From Alphaproteobacteria bacterium (GTDB lineage Bacteria; Pseudomonadota; Alphaproteobacteria; UBA828): a stretch of 64,000 bases of DNA. A program made the position numbers and the translations under genes. The stretch is taken from positions 160,001 to 224,000 of the forward strand of contig OZ243972.1 of the NCBI GenBank assembly GCA_965214705.1, written 5' to 3'. This document shows positions 10,110 to 19,422 of the stretch, piece after piece. A model generated the notes under the pieces. That model worked only from the letters and a program-made list of their open reading frames with translations. It was not told the origin of the DNA and ran no database searches. Each line of letters starts with the position of its first letter. Position 1 is the stretch's first letter.

Positions 10110-11142
10110 GGCGCTGGCGCGCGCCCTCGGCGCCGAGGCGGCAACCCGCATCGGGCGTTTTCTCGAAGGCATCGAGGGCTACCGTTCGCACCCCTACAGG
10201 CGTCGCCTGAAAGACCCGCCGGTGCTCTGGCAGTCCGGCACGACGCGGGTCCTGGCCTTCGACGGGAACGCGTCGGCAGCACCCGTGTTGCTCGTGCCCT
10301 CGCTCATCAACCGCTCCTACATCCTCGATCTCACGGCGCAGCGCAGCTTCGCCCGCTATCTACGAGAGCGGGGCTTGCGCCCCTACCTGCTCGACTGGGG
10401 CGCACCGGGCGCCGATGAGCGAGAATTCGGGCTCGACCACTACATTCTGGGCCGGCTTGCGCCGGCGCTGGAGGCGGTGCGACGCGACGCGGGCCGGCCG
10501 GTGGTGCTCGCGGGCTATTGCATGGGCGGCACGATGGTGCTTCCCCTCGCTGCCCGCGCCGAGGTAGCCGCGCTGGTGCTGCTGGCGACGCCCTGGGATT
10601 TCTGGGCGGACGGTCGTCATCAGGCGCGGCTGATCGCGGCCCATCTGCCGGGTCTCACTGCCCTGATCGACGGTCTGGGGCAGCTCCCGCCTGATGCGCT
10701 CCAAGCCATGTTCGCCGCGCTCGACCCGTTGCTGGCGGCGCGCAAGTTCACCGCCTTCGCCGAGCTTCCGCCCGCCTCGGCCGCCGCCCGCAACTTCGTG
10801 GCGCTGGAGGACTGGCTCAACGACGCCGTGCCGCTCACCGGCCCCGTCGCCCGCGCCTGCCTCAACGACTGGTACGGCGCGAACGCTCCCGCGCGCGGCA
10901 ACTGGCGCGTGGGCGGCGAGCCGGTGCGGCCCGAGCGCGTTCGTGCGCCAGCGCTCAACGTCGTGCCGGCGCGCGACCGCATCGTCCCGCCCGCATCGGC
11001 GGCGGCGCTGAGCGCGGCGCTCCCCGATGTCGAGACCTGGCGCCCGCCGCTCGGCCATATCGGCATGATGGCCAGCCCCCGCGCCAAGCGCCTGCTCTGG
11101 CGCAAGCTCGCGGACTGGATTTCTACCCACGCCACCGCTTGA
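9919..11142 (+). CDS. phaC: poly(3-hydroxyalkanoate) synthase-like alpha/beta hydrolase (class III PhaC-like)
   Basis: LLVPSLINRSYILDL, YLLDWG, lipase box GYCMGG (catalytic Cys), RDRIVP (Asp) and GHIGMM (His); adjacent to phaB. Confidence 0.75.
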   Translation: MPTLEPPPRLGPRPLPLHLGMALSVWLSSLAALRLSRSGSLNWQHADPAEATALQEKLAETDPEALARALGAEAATRIGRFLEGIEGYRSHPYRRRLKDPPVLWQSGTTRVLAFDGNASAAPVLLVPSLINRSYILDLTAQRSFARYLRERGLRPYLLDWGAPGADEREFGLDHYILGRLAPALEAVRRDAGRPVVLAGYCMGGTMVLPLAARAEVAALVLLATPWDFWADGRHQARLIAAHLPGLTALIDGLGQLPPDALQAMFAALDPLLAARKFTAFAELPPASAAARNFVALEDWLNDAVPLTGPVARACLNDWYGANAPARGNWRVGGEPVRPERVRAPALNVVPARDRIVPPASAAALSAALPDVETWRPPLGHIGMMASPRAKRLLWRKLADWISTHATA

Positions 11143-11166
11143 AAATGCCCGGGCGCAGGCGCATAT
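11138..11166 (+). promoter_or_regulatory. possible RpoH (sigma32)-type promoter upstream of phaB
   Basis: CTTGAA-N15-GCGCATAT. Confidence 0.35.
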
Positions 11167-11229
11167 GAGGCCCGCGCGCCGCCGAGGAGTCGGTTCCCGG
11201 CGGCGCGGATCATTGCCGGGAGAGAGAAG

Positions 11230-11952
11230 ATGAGTCGCGTCGCACTGGTGACGGGTGGAACGCGCGGGATCGGCGGTGCCATCTCGCTCGCGCTGAAGAA
11301 CAACGGCTGCCAGGTGGCCGCCAACTACAACGCCAACGACGAGGCGGCCGAGCGCTTCCGCGAGGTCACCGGCATTGACGTCTACAAGTGGGACGTGAGC
11401 GAATTCGCCGCCTGCGAGGCGGGCATCGCCCAGATCGAGCAGGACCTGGGCCCCATCGACATCCTGGTGAACAACGCCGGGATCACGCGCGACGGCACGC
11501 TGCAGAAGATGACGCCGGACAGGTGGCAGGCGGTGCTCGACACCAATCTCGGCTCCTGCTTCAACCTCTGCCACGCCACCTTCCCCGGCATGCGGGCGCG
11601 CAAGTTCGGCCGTGTCGTCAATATCGGCTCGATCAACGGCCAGGCCGGTCAGTACGGCCAGGTCAACTACGCCGCCGCCAAATCCGGCATCCACGGCTTC
11701 ACCAAGGCGCTGGCACAGGAAGGAGCGCGCCACGGCATCACCGTGAACGCGGTGGCCCCCGGCTATGTCGATACCGAGATGGTGCGTGCGGTGCCCGAGG
11801 CCGTGCTGGAGAAGATCGTCGCCAGCATCCCGGTGGGCCGGCTCGGCCGTGCGGAGGACATCGCGCGCGCGGTATTGTTCCTGACCGCAGACGACGCCGA
11901 TTTCATCACCGGATCGACCATCTCGGTGAACGGCGGCCACCACATGTATTGA
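11230..11952 (+). CDS. phaB: acetoacetyl-CoA reductase
   Basis: VALVTGGTRGIG, NNAGITRD, SINGQAGQYGQVNYAAAK, GFTKALAQE and NGGHHMY. Confidence 0.93.
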   Translation: MSRVALVTGGTRGIGGAISLALKNNGCQVAANYNANDEAAERFREVTGIDVYKWDVSEFAACEAGIAQIEQDLGPIDILVNNAGITRDGTLQKMTPDRWQAVLDTNLGSCFNLCHATFPGMRARKFGRVVNIGSINGQAGQYGQVNYAAAKSGIHGFTKALAQEGARHGITVNAVAPGYVDTEMVRAVPEAVLEKIVASIPVGRLGRAEDIARAVLFLTADDADFITGSTISVNGGHHMY

Positions 11953-11953
11953 C

Positions 11954-11979
11954 GGGTGGCCGGTCTAATCAGGCCACCC
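11954..11979 (+). terminator. hairpin immediately after phaB
   Basis: GGGTGGCC...GGCCACCC 8-bp inverted repeat; no U tract. Confidence 0.35.
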
Positions 11980-12069
11980 CATCGGCCCAGGGGCCGACAG
12001 CGTTGACCGGATGAGCCGCATCGCGCAGGGTATGGCAGGCAAGCGATTGACGTTTCGGGATCCCGCAGC

Positions 12070-13017
12070 TTGACCGAGGAAGCTCTGCAGACAAGGAGAT
12101 ATGACGGAAGCGTCGTCTCTCCACGTCCCCCCGCCGAATCGGAGCCTTCTTCCAAATCCGGCCATATCCGAATCGACGATCTCGACAAAGAGCCATTTGC
12201 GAACATCTCGAAGTCCCTACTGCTGAGTGGAGACGCACAAGAAGCGCTCACGCTCTTGCCCGACGAATCGGTTCAAACCGTGCTTACTTCGCCCCCCTAC
12301 TGGTCTCTGCGAGATTATGAGGTCGAGGACCAGATCGGCCGGAACGACAGCCTCAATTCATACATCGAGAGTATCGTGAGCACGTTCGAGGAAGTTAGGC
12401 GTGTTCTGCGAGCAGACGGGACGGTGTGGTTGAATGTGGGCGACTCCTACACGTCAGGTAACCGCAAATACCGAGCTCCGGACCGAAAGAATCGCGCTCG
12501 CGCCATGACGGTGCGGCCTCCGACGCCGGACGGACTGAAGCCCAAGGACCTGATTGGCGTTCCATGGAGGCTGGCTTTCGCGCTACAGGATATGGGGTGG
12601 TGGGTTCGTAGCGAGATAGTCTGGCACAAGCCGAATGCGCATCCGGAATCGGTTCGGGATCGCCCAACAAAGGCACATGAGACCGTATTTCTCTTGTCGA
12701 AGGAGAAGGACTACTACTACGACATTAGGGCGGTTCGTGGTCCTCGAGGCCGTCGCCTCAGGACTGTCTGGGAGTTGCCTACTGAACCGGTGAAGCGTGA
12801 GAGCGGTTGGGGTGACGATCATCCCGCAATGATGCCCCTCTCGCTTGCGCGACAGTGTGTGATGCTCACCACCCGTGACGATAGCGTCGTTCTCGATCCT
12901 TATGCGGGCTCGGGAACGACGCTCTTGGCGGCACGTGACTTAGGGCGCCTGTGGGTTGGCGTCGAAATCAAACCGTCATTCGTGGACTTAATCGAGTGTC
13001 GGATAGCTAACCCGTGA
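12070..13017 (+). CDS. DNA methyltransferase, beta class (likely N4-cytosine)
   Basis: TSPPY motif IV before VLDPYAGSGTT motif I (beta order); WLNVGDSY, KPKDLIGVPW and HPAMMP; lower GC than flanks; TTG start uncertain. Confidence 0.9.
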   Translation: MTEEALQTRRYDGSVVSPRPPAESEPSSKSGHIRIDDLDKEPFANISKSLLLSGDAQEALTLLPDESVQTVLTSPPYWSLRDYEVEDQIGRNDSLNSYIESIVSTFEEVRRVLRADGTVWLNVGDSYTSGNRKYRAPDRKNRARAMTVRPPTPDGLKPKDLIGVPWRLAFALQDMGWWVRSEIVWHKPNAHPESVRDRPTKAHETVFLLSKEKDYYYDIRAVRGPRGRRLRTVWELPTEPVKRESGWGDDHPAMMPLSLARQCVMLTTRDDSVVLDPYAGSGTTLLAARDLGRLWVGVEIKPSFVDLIECRIANP

Positions 13018-13769
13018 CGCTCGACGAACTCAAGGCAACGCTCGATACGTTCTCTCCGGTCAAGATCGCGTTCGTCGCGCGCGTCATGGAGTCCCTCGCC
13101 AATCCGCCTAACTCAACAATCAAACAGCGTGGGACTTGGCTGACGAGTTCCGTGGAATGGATCGAGTATTTCGGTCTTGCCCTGTCGGTTCACCATAGCG
13201 CCACTACCGAGCCTCTGGGTCTAACTGCCTTCGAAGCCGTGTTCAGGAACGCCTGCGATCATCTTGGTTGGCCCACCGACCCGCCCGGATCGAGGACTCG
13301 TAGGTTCGTCGACTTGACCGTTCAACCGACTGGGGAACCGGAGAGGCGACTATCGCTCAAGTCGACCGCCGCACAACGATTGTCGAACACGTCTCTGCAC
13401 ATCTCGAAGCTAACGGAAGCCGCTTGGGTGCAGGATGCCCGGACAGCCAGAGATCGCAAAAGCCAGACGCAGGCGCTGTTTCGGCAATACCAGTCGGCGG
13501 TGACTCACATCGTCATGTTGCGGGCATTCCGCGAGTCACATGACGAGGTGCCAAGCCGCTATCAACTCGTCGAAATTCCGGCAAGAATCTTCGATTCTGT
13601 CCTGAGTGCTCCTCTGAGTGTTTTTGAGCGGGATGCGCCGCTAATCGAATGTGAGGTCGGGGGCAAAATAGTTGCCGTCGTTGCCATCGATAGGTCCGAT
13701 GCAAAGATCACCGTCAGACGGGTCCAGCTTTCCACCTGCACCGTTCATGCTGAGTGGAGCCGCGGATGA
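13014..13769 (+). CDS. type II restriction endonuclease, SmaI-like
   Basis: GTGA overlap with the MTase; FG..L..HH...T.PL....FE, D...SLKS.AA, HISK, YQLVEIP and C.VHAEW resemble R.SmaI as I recall it. Confidence 0.7.
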   Translation: MTLDELKATLDTFSPVKIAFVARVMESLANPPNSTIKQRGTWLTSSVEWIEYFGLALSVHHSATTEPLGLTAFEAVFRNACDHLGWPTDPPGSRTRRFVDLTVQPTGEPERRLSLKSTAAQRLSNTSLHISKLTEAAWVQDARTARDRKSQTQALFRQYQSAVTHIVMLRAFRESHDEVPSRYQLVEIPARIFDSVLSAPLSVFERDAPLIECEVGGKIVAVVAIDRSDAKITVRRVQLSTCTVHAEWSRG

Positions 13770-13862
13770 CGGAGTTCCAGACCAATGCCGACGCTGCCGA
13801 CCGGTGAAGCATGTGATGCCTTAACGAATGGACTGACCGGACGGAGTGACAGGAGGCAAAGC

Positions 13863-14585
13863 GTGGGACGGCTAGCACTTATCACCGGCGGCACGCGCGG
13901 CATCGGCGCCGGCATTGCGCGTGCCCTGCACGAGGCCGGCCACCCGGTGGTGGTCAACTATCATGCCGACGAGGCCTGCGCCGCCGCCTTCACGGCGGAG
14001 ACCGGCATCCCGGCACTCAAGTGGGACGTGAGCGACGGCGACGCCTGCCGCGCCGGGGTCGCGGCAATCGAGGCCGAGCACGGCCCGGTCGAGATTCTCG
14101 TCAACAACGCGGGCACGGTCTCCGACAACAAGTTCGAGAACATGGCCGACGACCAGTGGCAGCGCGTGGTCCGGGTCAATCTCGATTCCGTCTTCTACAT
14201 GTCGAAGGCGGTCTACCCCGGCATGATGGAGCGGGGCTGGGGCCGCATCATCCAGATCGGCTCGATGAACGGACAGGCCGGCCAGCTCAACCAGGTCAAC
14301 TACGTCGCCGCCAAGGCCGGCATGCATGGCTTCACCAAGGCGCTGGCGCAGGAGGGGGCGAAGCACGGCATCACGGTCAACACCGTGGCGCCCGGCTATG
14401 TCGACACCTACCTGATGCGCAACATGCCAGAGCGAATCGCGCAGAAGATCATCGACAAGTCCCCGATCCGCCGCATGGGCTACGAGGAGGAGGTGGCCCA
14501 TGCCGTGCTTTTCCTCGTGGACGACAAGGCGGCCTGGACCACCGGTTCCACCATCACCATGAACGGCGGCACCCATATGTATTAG
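13863..14585 (+). CDS. phaB: acetoacetyl-CoA reductase paralog
   Basis: AGGAGG SD then GTG at 13863; 240 aa, same length and motifs as the first copy (GGTRGIG, NNAG, NY.AAK, GFTKALAQE, NGGTHMY). Confidence 0.85.
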   Translation: MGRLALITGGTRGIGAGIARALHEAGHPVVVNYHADEACAAAFTAETGIPALKWDVSDGDACRAGVAAIEAEHGPVEILVNNAGTVSDNKFENMADDQWQRVVRVNLDSVFYMSKAVYPGMMERGWGRIIQIGSMNGQAGQLNQVNYVAAKAGMHGFTKALAQEGAKHGITVNTVAPGYVDTYLMRNMPERIAQKIIDKSPIRRMGYEEEVAHAVLFLVDDKAAWTTGSTITMNGGTHMY

Positions 14586-14853
14586 GGCGGTCCCCCGACC
14601 CGTCCGGCGTTGAACCGCTCATGGACACGCCCCGCCTCCAAGACTAGGCTTCGAGACATACCCTCCACTGGCCGAAGGACGGCCCATGGTAGAGAGGGTT
14701 CAAAAAACGCATTCCACGACGTTGTTCGTGGCGTCCGTCGGGGATACCCGGTTTGAGCCGGCCGACGGAACGGCGGTCTTCGCGTCCTTGCATCCGCACA
14801 GCAAAATTTTGACCGGCCCGAAAGTCACCCGAATCAGTGGGCGCCTTGTCGGG

Positions 14854-15125
14854 TTAACCCGCCTTTCTCACCAGGGTCACGGCCTGCGTCGCGTCCAGGC
14901 GTTCGATCCGCCAGGAGCGGGCCGAAAAGCGTATCAGGGAATACGGTTGAGGCCCGCAACGCCGCGGGCGGGCGCCTGGGCGCGACCCGAAGGGCGGCGC
15001 TCTCCGGCCGACAGCGGGCGTCACGCCGCTTGCCCGATGTCCCCGCATCGCGCTGCGCGCCGTTCCTACTCTGTCGGCCGGACAGCGCCGCGCAGACCAT
15101 GACCATGGTGAGAAATGCGGGTTAA
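14854..15125. mobile_element. MITE-like element: 264 bp, about 31-bp imperfect terminal inverted repeats, flanked by TTAA
   Basis: TTAA|CCCGCCTTTCTCACCAGGGTCACGGCCTGCG (14854-14888) versus the reverse complement of 15091-15125, TTAA|CCCGCATTTCTCACCATGGTCATGGTCTGCG: 31 of 35 identical. Confidence 0.55.
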
Positions 15126-15170
15126 AGGGTGACGGCGCGACGCGCCCCAACAACCCTCAGGGAGGAAGAC

Positions 15171-16574
15171 ATGAGCGATCGACATTATCACACATGGAAA
15201 GAGACGATGGCGGAGGTGCTGTATCGTCGGCGCACCGCACTCACGCGTCGTCAGGTGCTGCAGGCAAGCTCGGCCACCGCAATTGCTGCAATCGCCGCCA
15301 ACTTCGTGCCGCGCGAGGTGCGCGCCGACGTCACCGGCGAAGTGGTGCATCTGACGGCGTCGGGCAGCCGTTTCGCGGGCGTCGTGCGCGGCCTCAAGCC
15401 GCTGTTCGAGAAGGCTTATCCGAACGTCACGCTGAACGTCGCCACGATCCCGACGAACGAGTTCCTGAACAAGGTCAACGTCTACATGCAGTCGAAGTCG
15501 GATGCCTTCGATTCTGTGACCCAGGATTACGGCCAGTACCCGTCGCTCGAATCCTTCGGGGCGATGATTCCGCTTCAGGAACACATGGACGCCGACCCCA
15601 CGTGGTTTGCGGACTATCAGACAGACGTGCCGGAGGCGTTGCAGTCGCTCTACCGCATTCCCATCGCCAAGAGCGACGGCGCGCTCTATGGCCTGGCTCA
15701 CGACGCCAACTGCCAGATGACGTTCTATCGCAAGGACATCTTCGACAAGGCCGGAATTCCGGTGCCGAGGACATGGCCGGACGCCCTGGAGGCCGCCAAG
15801 GAGCTGCATTCGCCCGGCACCGATCAATACGGCTATGTCGGCGCCATGCAGCGGAGCTATTGGGCCGGCTATCAGTACTACGGCGCGCTGCGCTCGTTCG
15901 GCGGCACTTTGGTCGACCGTGAGGAACCCGGCTACTGGAATCCGTCCGTTAACAGCGAAGAAGGATACATGGCGCTGAAGATGCTGGTCGACCTGCAACA
16001 GTACGCACACCCCGTGAGCAGCAATGCGGGCGAGGACGAGGTGAACACCGCCTTCGCCAACGGCACCGCCGTCTACGGCCCTCTGACCTGGGGAACGGCG
16101 GTGCTGAACGATCCGTCCTTCACCAAGTTCGATCGGGTCATCTACGCCGACCTGCCGCCTGCGGGAGACAACGAGAAGGGGGCGCATCGGGTCAGCACCG
16201 GCGGGTTCGGCGTCTTCGTCCCGACCTATTCCAAGAACCGGGAGGCGGGTGTCGCCTTCGCAAAGTTCCTGGCCTCTGGCGATGCCCGTGATCCGGCCAT
16301 TGGCGAGGCGGTGGTGGCGGCCGGCGGGCAGCCGGCGCGGCTCTCGATCCTCGATCGACACAAAGACGACAAGCTGTTCTTCGGCGGCTTGATGGCAAGC
16401 ATGCCCTACGGCGTCACCAACAATCTGATGATCCCGGAGGGCTTCACGATCGGCACACAAAATGGGGTCGAGGTCGCCGATGCAGTCAACGGCGAGCAGA
16501 GCATCGAGCAAGCGCTAACAAATATGGACAAGGGAATCCGAAGGGTGTTGGAGGACGCGGGCTATTACGCTTAG
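15171..16574 (+). CDS. Tat-exported ABC transporter sugar-binding protein (orphan)
   Basis: GGAGG SD; TRRQVL twin-arginine signal ending VRA; LFEKAYPNVTL, FYRKDIFDKAGIPVPRTW and GGFG SBP family 1-like motifs. Confidence 0.85.
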   Translation: MSDRHYHTWKETMAEVLYRRRTALTRRQVLQASSATAIAAIAANFVPREVRADVTGEVVHLTASGSRFAGVVRGLKPLFEKAYPNVTLNVATIPTNEFLNKVNVYMQSKSDAFDSVTQDYGQYPSLESFGAMIPLQEHMDADPTWFADYQTDVPEALQSLYRIPIAKSDGALYGLAHDANCQMTFYRKDIFDKAGIPVPRTWPDALEAAKELHSPGTDQYGYVGAMQRSYWAGYQYYGALRSFGGTLVDREEPGYWNPSVNSEEGYMALKMLVDLQQYAHPVSSNAGEDEVNTAFANGTAVYGPLTWGTAVLNDPSFTKFDRVIYADLPPAGDNEKGAHRVSTGGFGVFVPTYSKNREAGVAFAKFLASGDARDPAIGEAVVAAGGQPARLSILDRHKDDKLFFGGLMASMPYGVTNNLMIPEGFTIGTQNGVEVADAVNGEQSIEQALTNMDKGIRRVLEDAGYYA

Positions 16575-16677
16575 CGCGCACTCCTATTCGCCGAGCGGTG
16601 GGGAGGCACGCTGTGGAGAGGCGGATTAGCATCCCGGTGCTGAGACGGGCCGGCGTGGGCTGCTACCATAGCCGGCC

Positions 16678-18096
16678 ATGCATCAGGATGTCGTCGACCT
16701 CAACGCCTTCTACCTGACCCGGCTCGGCCGGGTCACGCGCCGCATCCTGGGCCAGCAGATCCGCCGGGTCTGGCCCAGCGCGCGCGAGGAGGTGGTGCTG
16801 GGGCTCGGCTATCCCGTACCCTTCCTCGGCCTCTTCCGCGAGGAGGCCGACCGCGTGTTCGCGGTGATGCCGGCGGGCCAGGGAGTGATGGCCTGGCCCG
16901 AGAGCGGCGGCCGGCAAGTCGCGCTTGCCGACGACGGTGTTCTGCCGCTGCCCGACGGCTGCATCGACCGCATCCTCATCGTCCACGGGCTCGAGTTCAG
17001 CGAGCAGCGCCGCCCGATGCTGGAAGAGGTGTGGCGGGTGATGCGGCCGGACGGGCGCATCCTGGTGCTGGTGCCTAACCGCCACGGTCTCTGGGCACGG
17101 GCCGAGGCCACGCCCTTCGGCCACGGCTCACCCTTCAGCGCCTCCCAGCTGGCCCGGCTCCTGCGCGAGCACCGTTTCGCCCCGGTCGCCTCCGGCGCGA
17201 TGCTCTTCTTGCCCCCCACGGGCTGGCGCGGGGTGCTGCGTACCGCCGCCATCTGGCAGCGCCTCGGCCGCCATCTCGGCCGCCCCTTCGGCGGCATCGT
17301 CTACGTGGAGGCCGGCAAGACCGTGTTCGAGGCCATTCCGATCACGGCGCGGCGCAGGCGACGGGTCATCATGCCGCTGCCGCAGCCGGTGCCGGCCGGT
17401 GCGCGAACGGCAGCCGGGGACTGCGGCTTACCGGCTCTCGGCGGAGAGCAGGAACACCGCCTGCTCGCCGAACAGGTTGGCGAAGCGGCCGGTGCCGGTG
17501 AAGCGGCGCACCCGCCCCCGCGAATCGACCTGGGTACGGCGCTCGATGCCGATATCGAGCTCGCGGCAGAGCATCACGAAGTCCTTGATCGTGCACGGCC
17601 TGATCATCGGCGTTTCGTACCAGAGCTCGCCGGAGCCCAGCGCTGCCGGCATGCGGCCGCGCGTCAGCAAGTGCAACCGATTGCGCCAGTGTCCGAAGTT
17701 GGGGATCGAGACGATCGCGCTCCGGCCGATCCTGCGCAGCTCCAGCAGCACGCCCTTGGGATCGCGGATCGCGGGCAGGGTCTGGCTCAGCACCACGTAG
17801 TCGAAGGCGGCATCCGGGTAGTCGGCGAGGTCGGTCTCCGCATCCCCCTGGATCACCGAGAGCCCACGTCTCACCGAGGCGTTCACGCCTTCCTGGCTGA
17901 TCTCGATGCCGCGGCCGTCGACGTTCTTCTCCCGCGCGAGCAGCTCCAGCAGGGCACCGTCGCCGCAGCCGATGTCGAGCAGCCTGGAGCCCGGCTCCAC
18001 CAGCTCGGCGATCAGGCGATGGTCGGGGCGAGCGCTCTGGCGCATGTTCTGCCGCTGCGGGCCTGCGTTCATGGACGAGCGCTCAGGGGCTGCTAA
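16678..18096 (+). CDS. class I SAM-dependent methyltransferase (recognisable part about 16678-17420; ORF reads on antisense through metW)
   Basis: [38 protein letters not shown] and TPFGHG.PFS; C-terminal ~220 codons are antisense to metW. Confidence 0.7.
   Translation: MHQDVVDLNAFYLTRLGRVTRRILGQQIRRVWPSAREEVVLGLGYPVPFLGLFREEADRVFAVMPAGQGVMAWPESGGRQVALADDGVLPLPDGCIDRILIVHGLEFSEQRRPMLEEVWRVMRPDGRILVLVPNRHGLWARAEATPFGHGSPFSASQLARLLREHRFAPVASGAMLFLPPTGWRGVLRTAAIWQRLGRHLGRPFGGIVYVEAGKTVFEAIPITARRRRRVIMPLPQPVPAGARTAAGDCGLPALGGEQEHRLLAEQVGEAAGAGEAAHPPPRIDLGTALDADIELAAEHHEVLDRARPDHRRFVPELAGAQRCRHAAARQQVQPIAPVSEVGDRDDRAPADPAQLQQHALGIADRGQGLAQHHVVEGGIRVVGEVGLRIPLDHREPTSHRGVHAFLADLDAAAVDVLLPREQLQQGTVAAADVEQPGARLHQLGDQAMVGASALAHVLPLRACVHGRALRGC
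17428..18045 (-). CDS. metW: methionine biosynthesis protein MetW
   Basis: [48 protein letters not shown] and [11 protein letters not shown]; follows metX; start 18045 or 18072. Confidence 0.92.
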   Translation of the reverse strand: MRQSARPDHRLIAELVEPGSRLLDIGCGDGALLELLAREKNVDGRGIEISQEGVNASVRRGLSVIQGDAETDLADYPDAAFDYVVLSQTLPAIRDPKGVLLELRRIGRSAIVSIPNFGHWRNRLHLLTRGRMPAALGSGELWYETPMIRPCTIKDFVMLCRELDIGIERRTQVDSRGRVRRFTGTGRFANLFGEQAVFLLSAESR

Positions 18097-19252
18097 GCCC
18101 GCGCTTGGCGGCGGCACCGCTCAGGAACCCGCGCAGAGTCTCGAACATGTCCGGCTCGTCGAGAAGGAAGGCATCGTGCCCCTTGTCGCTCACCACCTCG
18201 ACGAAGCTCACGTTGGCGGCGGCCGCGGCCAGCGCTCGCACGATGGCCCGGTTCTCGGACGTGGGATAGAGCCAGTCGCTGGTGAACGAAATCACGCAGA
18301 AACGGGTGTCGACCCCGCGAAACGCATTGGCAAGCACGCCGTCGTAGTCGGCCGCGAGATCGAAGTAGTCGATCGCACGGGTGATGTAGAGGTAGGAGTT
18401 GGCGTCGAAGCGCTCGACGAAGCTCTGCCCCTGATAGCGAAGGTAGCTCTCCACCTGGAAGTCCGCATCGAAGCCGTAGGTGACGTTGGACCTGTCCTGC
18501 AGCGCCCGGCCAAACTTCCGGTGCAGCGCCGATTCCGAGAGATAAGTGATGTGCGCAGCCATGCGCGCCACCGCGAGGCCGCCGACCGGATTTGTGCCGA
18601 GTTCTTGATAGCGCCCCTCGCGCCATTCGGGATCGGCCATGATCGCTTGGCGGCCGACCTCGTTGAGCGCGATGTTCTGCGCCGAGTGCTTGGCCGCACA
18701 GGCGATGGGGACCGCGGTAAAGCAGCGCTCGGGGTAGCTCGCCACCCACTGCAAGGCCTGCATGCCGCCCATGGAGCCGCCGGAGACGCAAAAGAGCTGC
18801 TCGATCCCCAGATGATCGAGCAACATGGCCTGGGCCTTGACCATGTCGCGGATGGTGATGACGGGGAAGTCCAGGCCCCAGGGGCGCCCTGTCGCCGGGT
18901 TGATCTCCTTCGGCCCGCTGGTGCCCATGCAGCCGCCGAGCGTGTTGCTGCAAATCACGAAGTAACGGTCGGTATCGAAGGTCTTGCCGGACCCCACCAT
19001 CAGCTCCCACCAGCCGGGCTTGCCGGTGACCGGGTGGGGGCCCACGACGAACTGATCGCCGGTGAGCGCGTGACACAGGAGAACCGCGTTGGAGCGTTCC
19101 TCATTGAGCGTGCCGTAGGTCTGATAGGCGAGCGTGAACGGCCCCAAGGAGACGCCGCAATCGAGCTGGAGCGGCGTCTCCCGGCCGAGCTCGACGCTCA
19201 GGCCGGTTTGTGCATGCTCCGCCGCGGCTTGGCTCTTGGGCATTGCGGTCAT
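18083..19252 (-). CDS. metX: homoserine O-acetyltransferase
   Basis: [44 protein letters not shown] and KGHDAFLL. Confidence 0.95.
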   Translation of the reverse strand: MTAMPKSQAAAEHAQTGLSVELGRETPLQLDCGVSLGPFTLAYQTYGTLNEERSNAVLLCHALTGDQFVVGPHPVTGKPGWWELMVGSGKTFDTDRYFVICSNTLGGCMGTSGPKEINPATGRPWGLDFPVITIRDMVKAQAMLLDHLGIEQLFCVSGGSMGGMQALQWVASYPERCFTAVPIACAAKHSAQNIALNEVGRQAIMADPEWREGRYQELGTNPVGGLAVARMAAHITYLSESALHRKFGRALQDRSNVTYGFDADFQVESYLRYQGQSFVERFDANSYLYITRAIDYFDLAADYDGVLANAFRGVDTRFCVISFTSDWLYPTSENRAIVRALAAAAANVSFVEVVSDKGHDAFLLDEPDMFETLRGFLSGAAAKRGLSSP

Positions 19253-19422
19253 CGTTCACCGGGCTCCGGGCGGCTGCGTCCCCTCATCGGATCGCAGGTC
19301 GCAAGTGTCGCCGAAAGGGGGTCAGACAGTTGCGATTTGAACCCGAAAGTCAATGTTCTCTTTGATTTTACCACGCTCTTGCACTACGACTTGCCTCCCC
19401 CTTGAGCCGTGTCAGCCACGCC

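Noticed and set aside
12093-12135. Phase variation of the MTase via a C6 tract after an out-of-frame AAGGAG-ATG
   Set aside because: SD-ATG spacing is only 2 nt and the tract is too short; the TTG-started frame is open without it.
14950-15020. Glycine riboswitch (CCGAAGG and CTCTCCGG-like words)
   Set aside because: No GGAGA-led aptamer or tandem architecture; the inverted-repeat element explains the region better.
19253-19422. SAM-II or SAM/SAH riboswitch upstream of metX
   Set aside because: Consensus elements not recognisable; the region looks like a divergent promoter. An Rfam scan would settle it.
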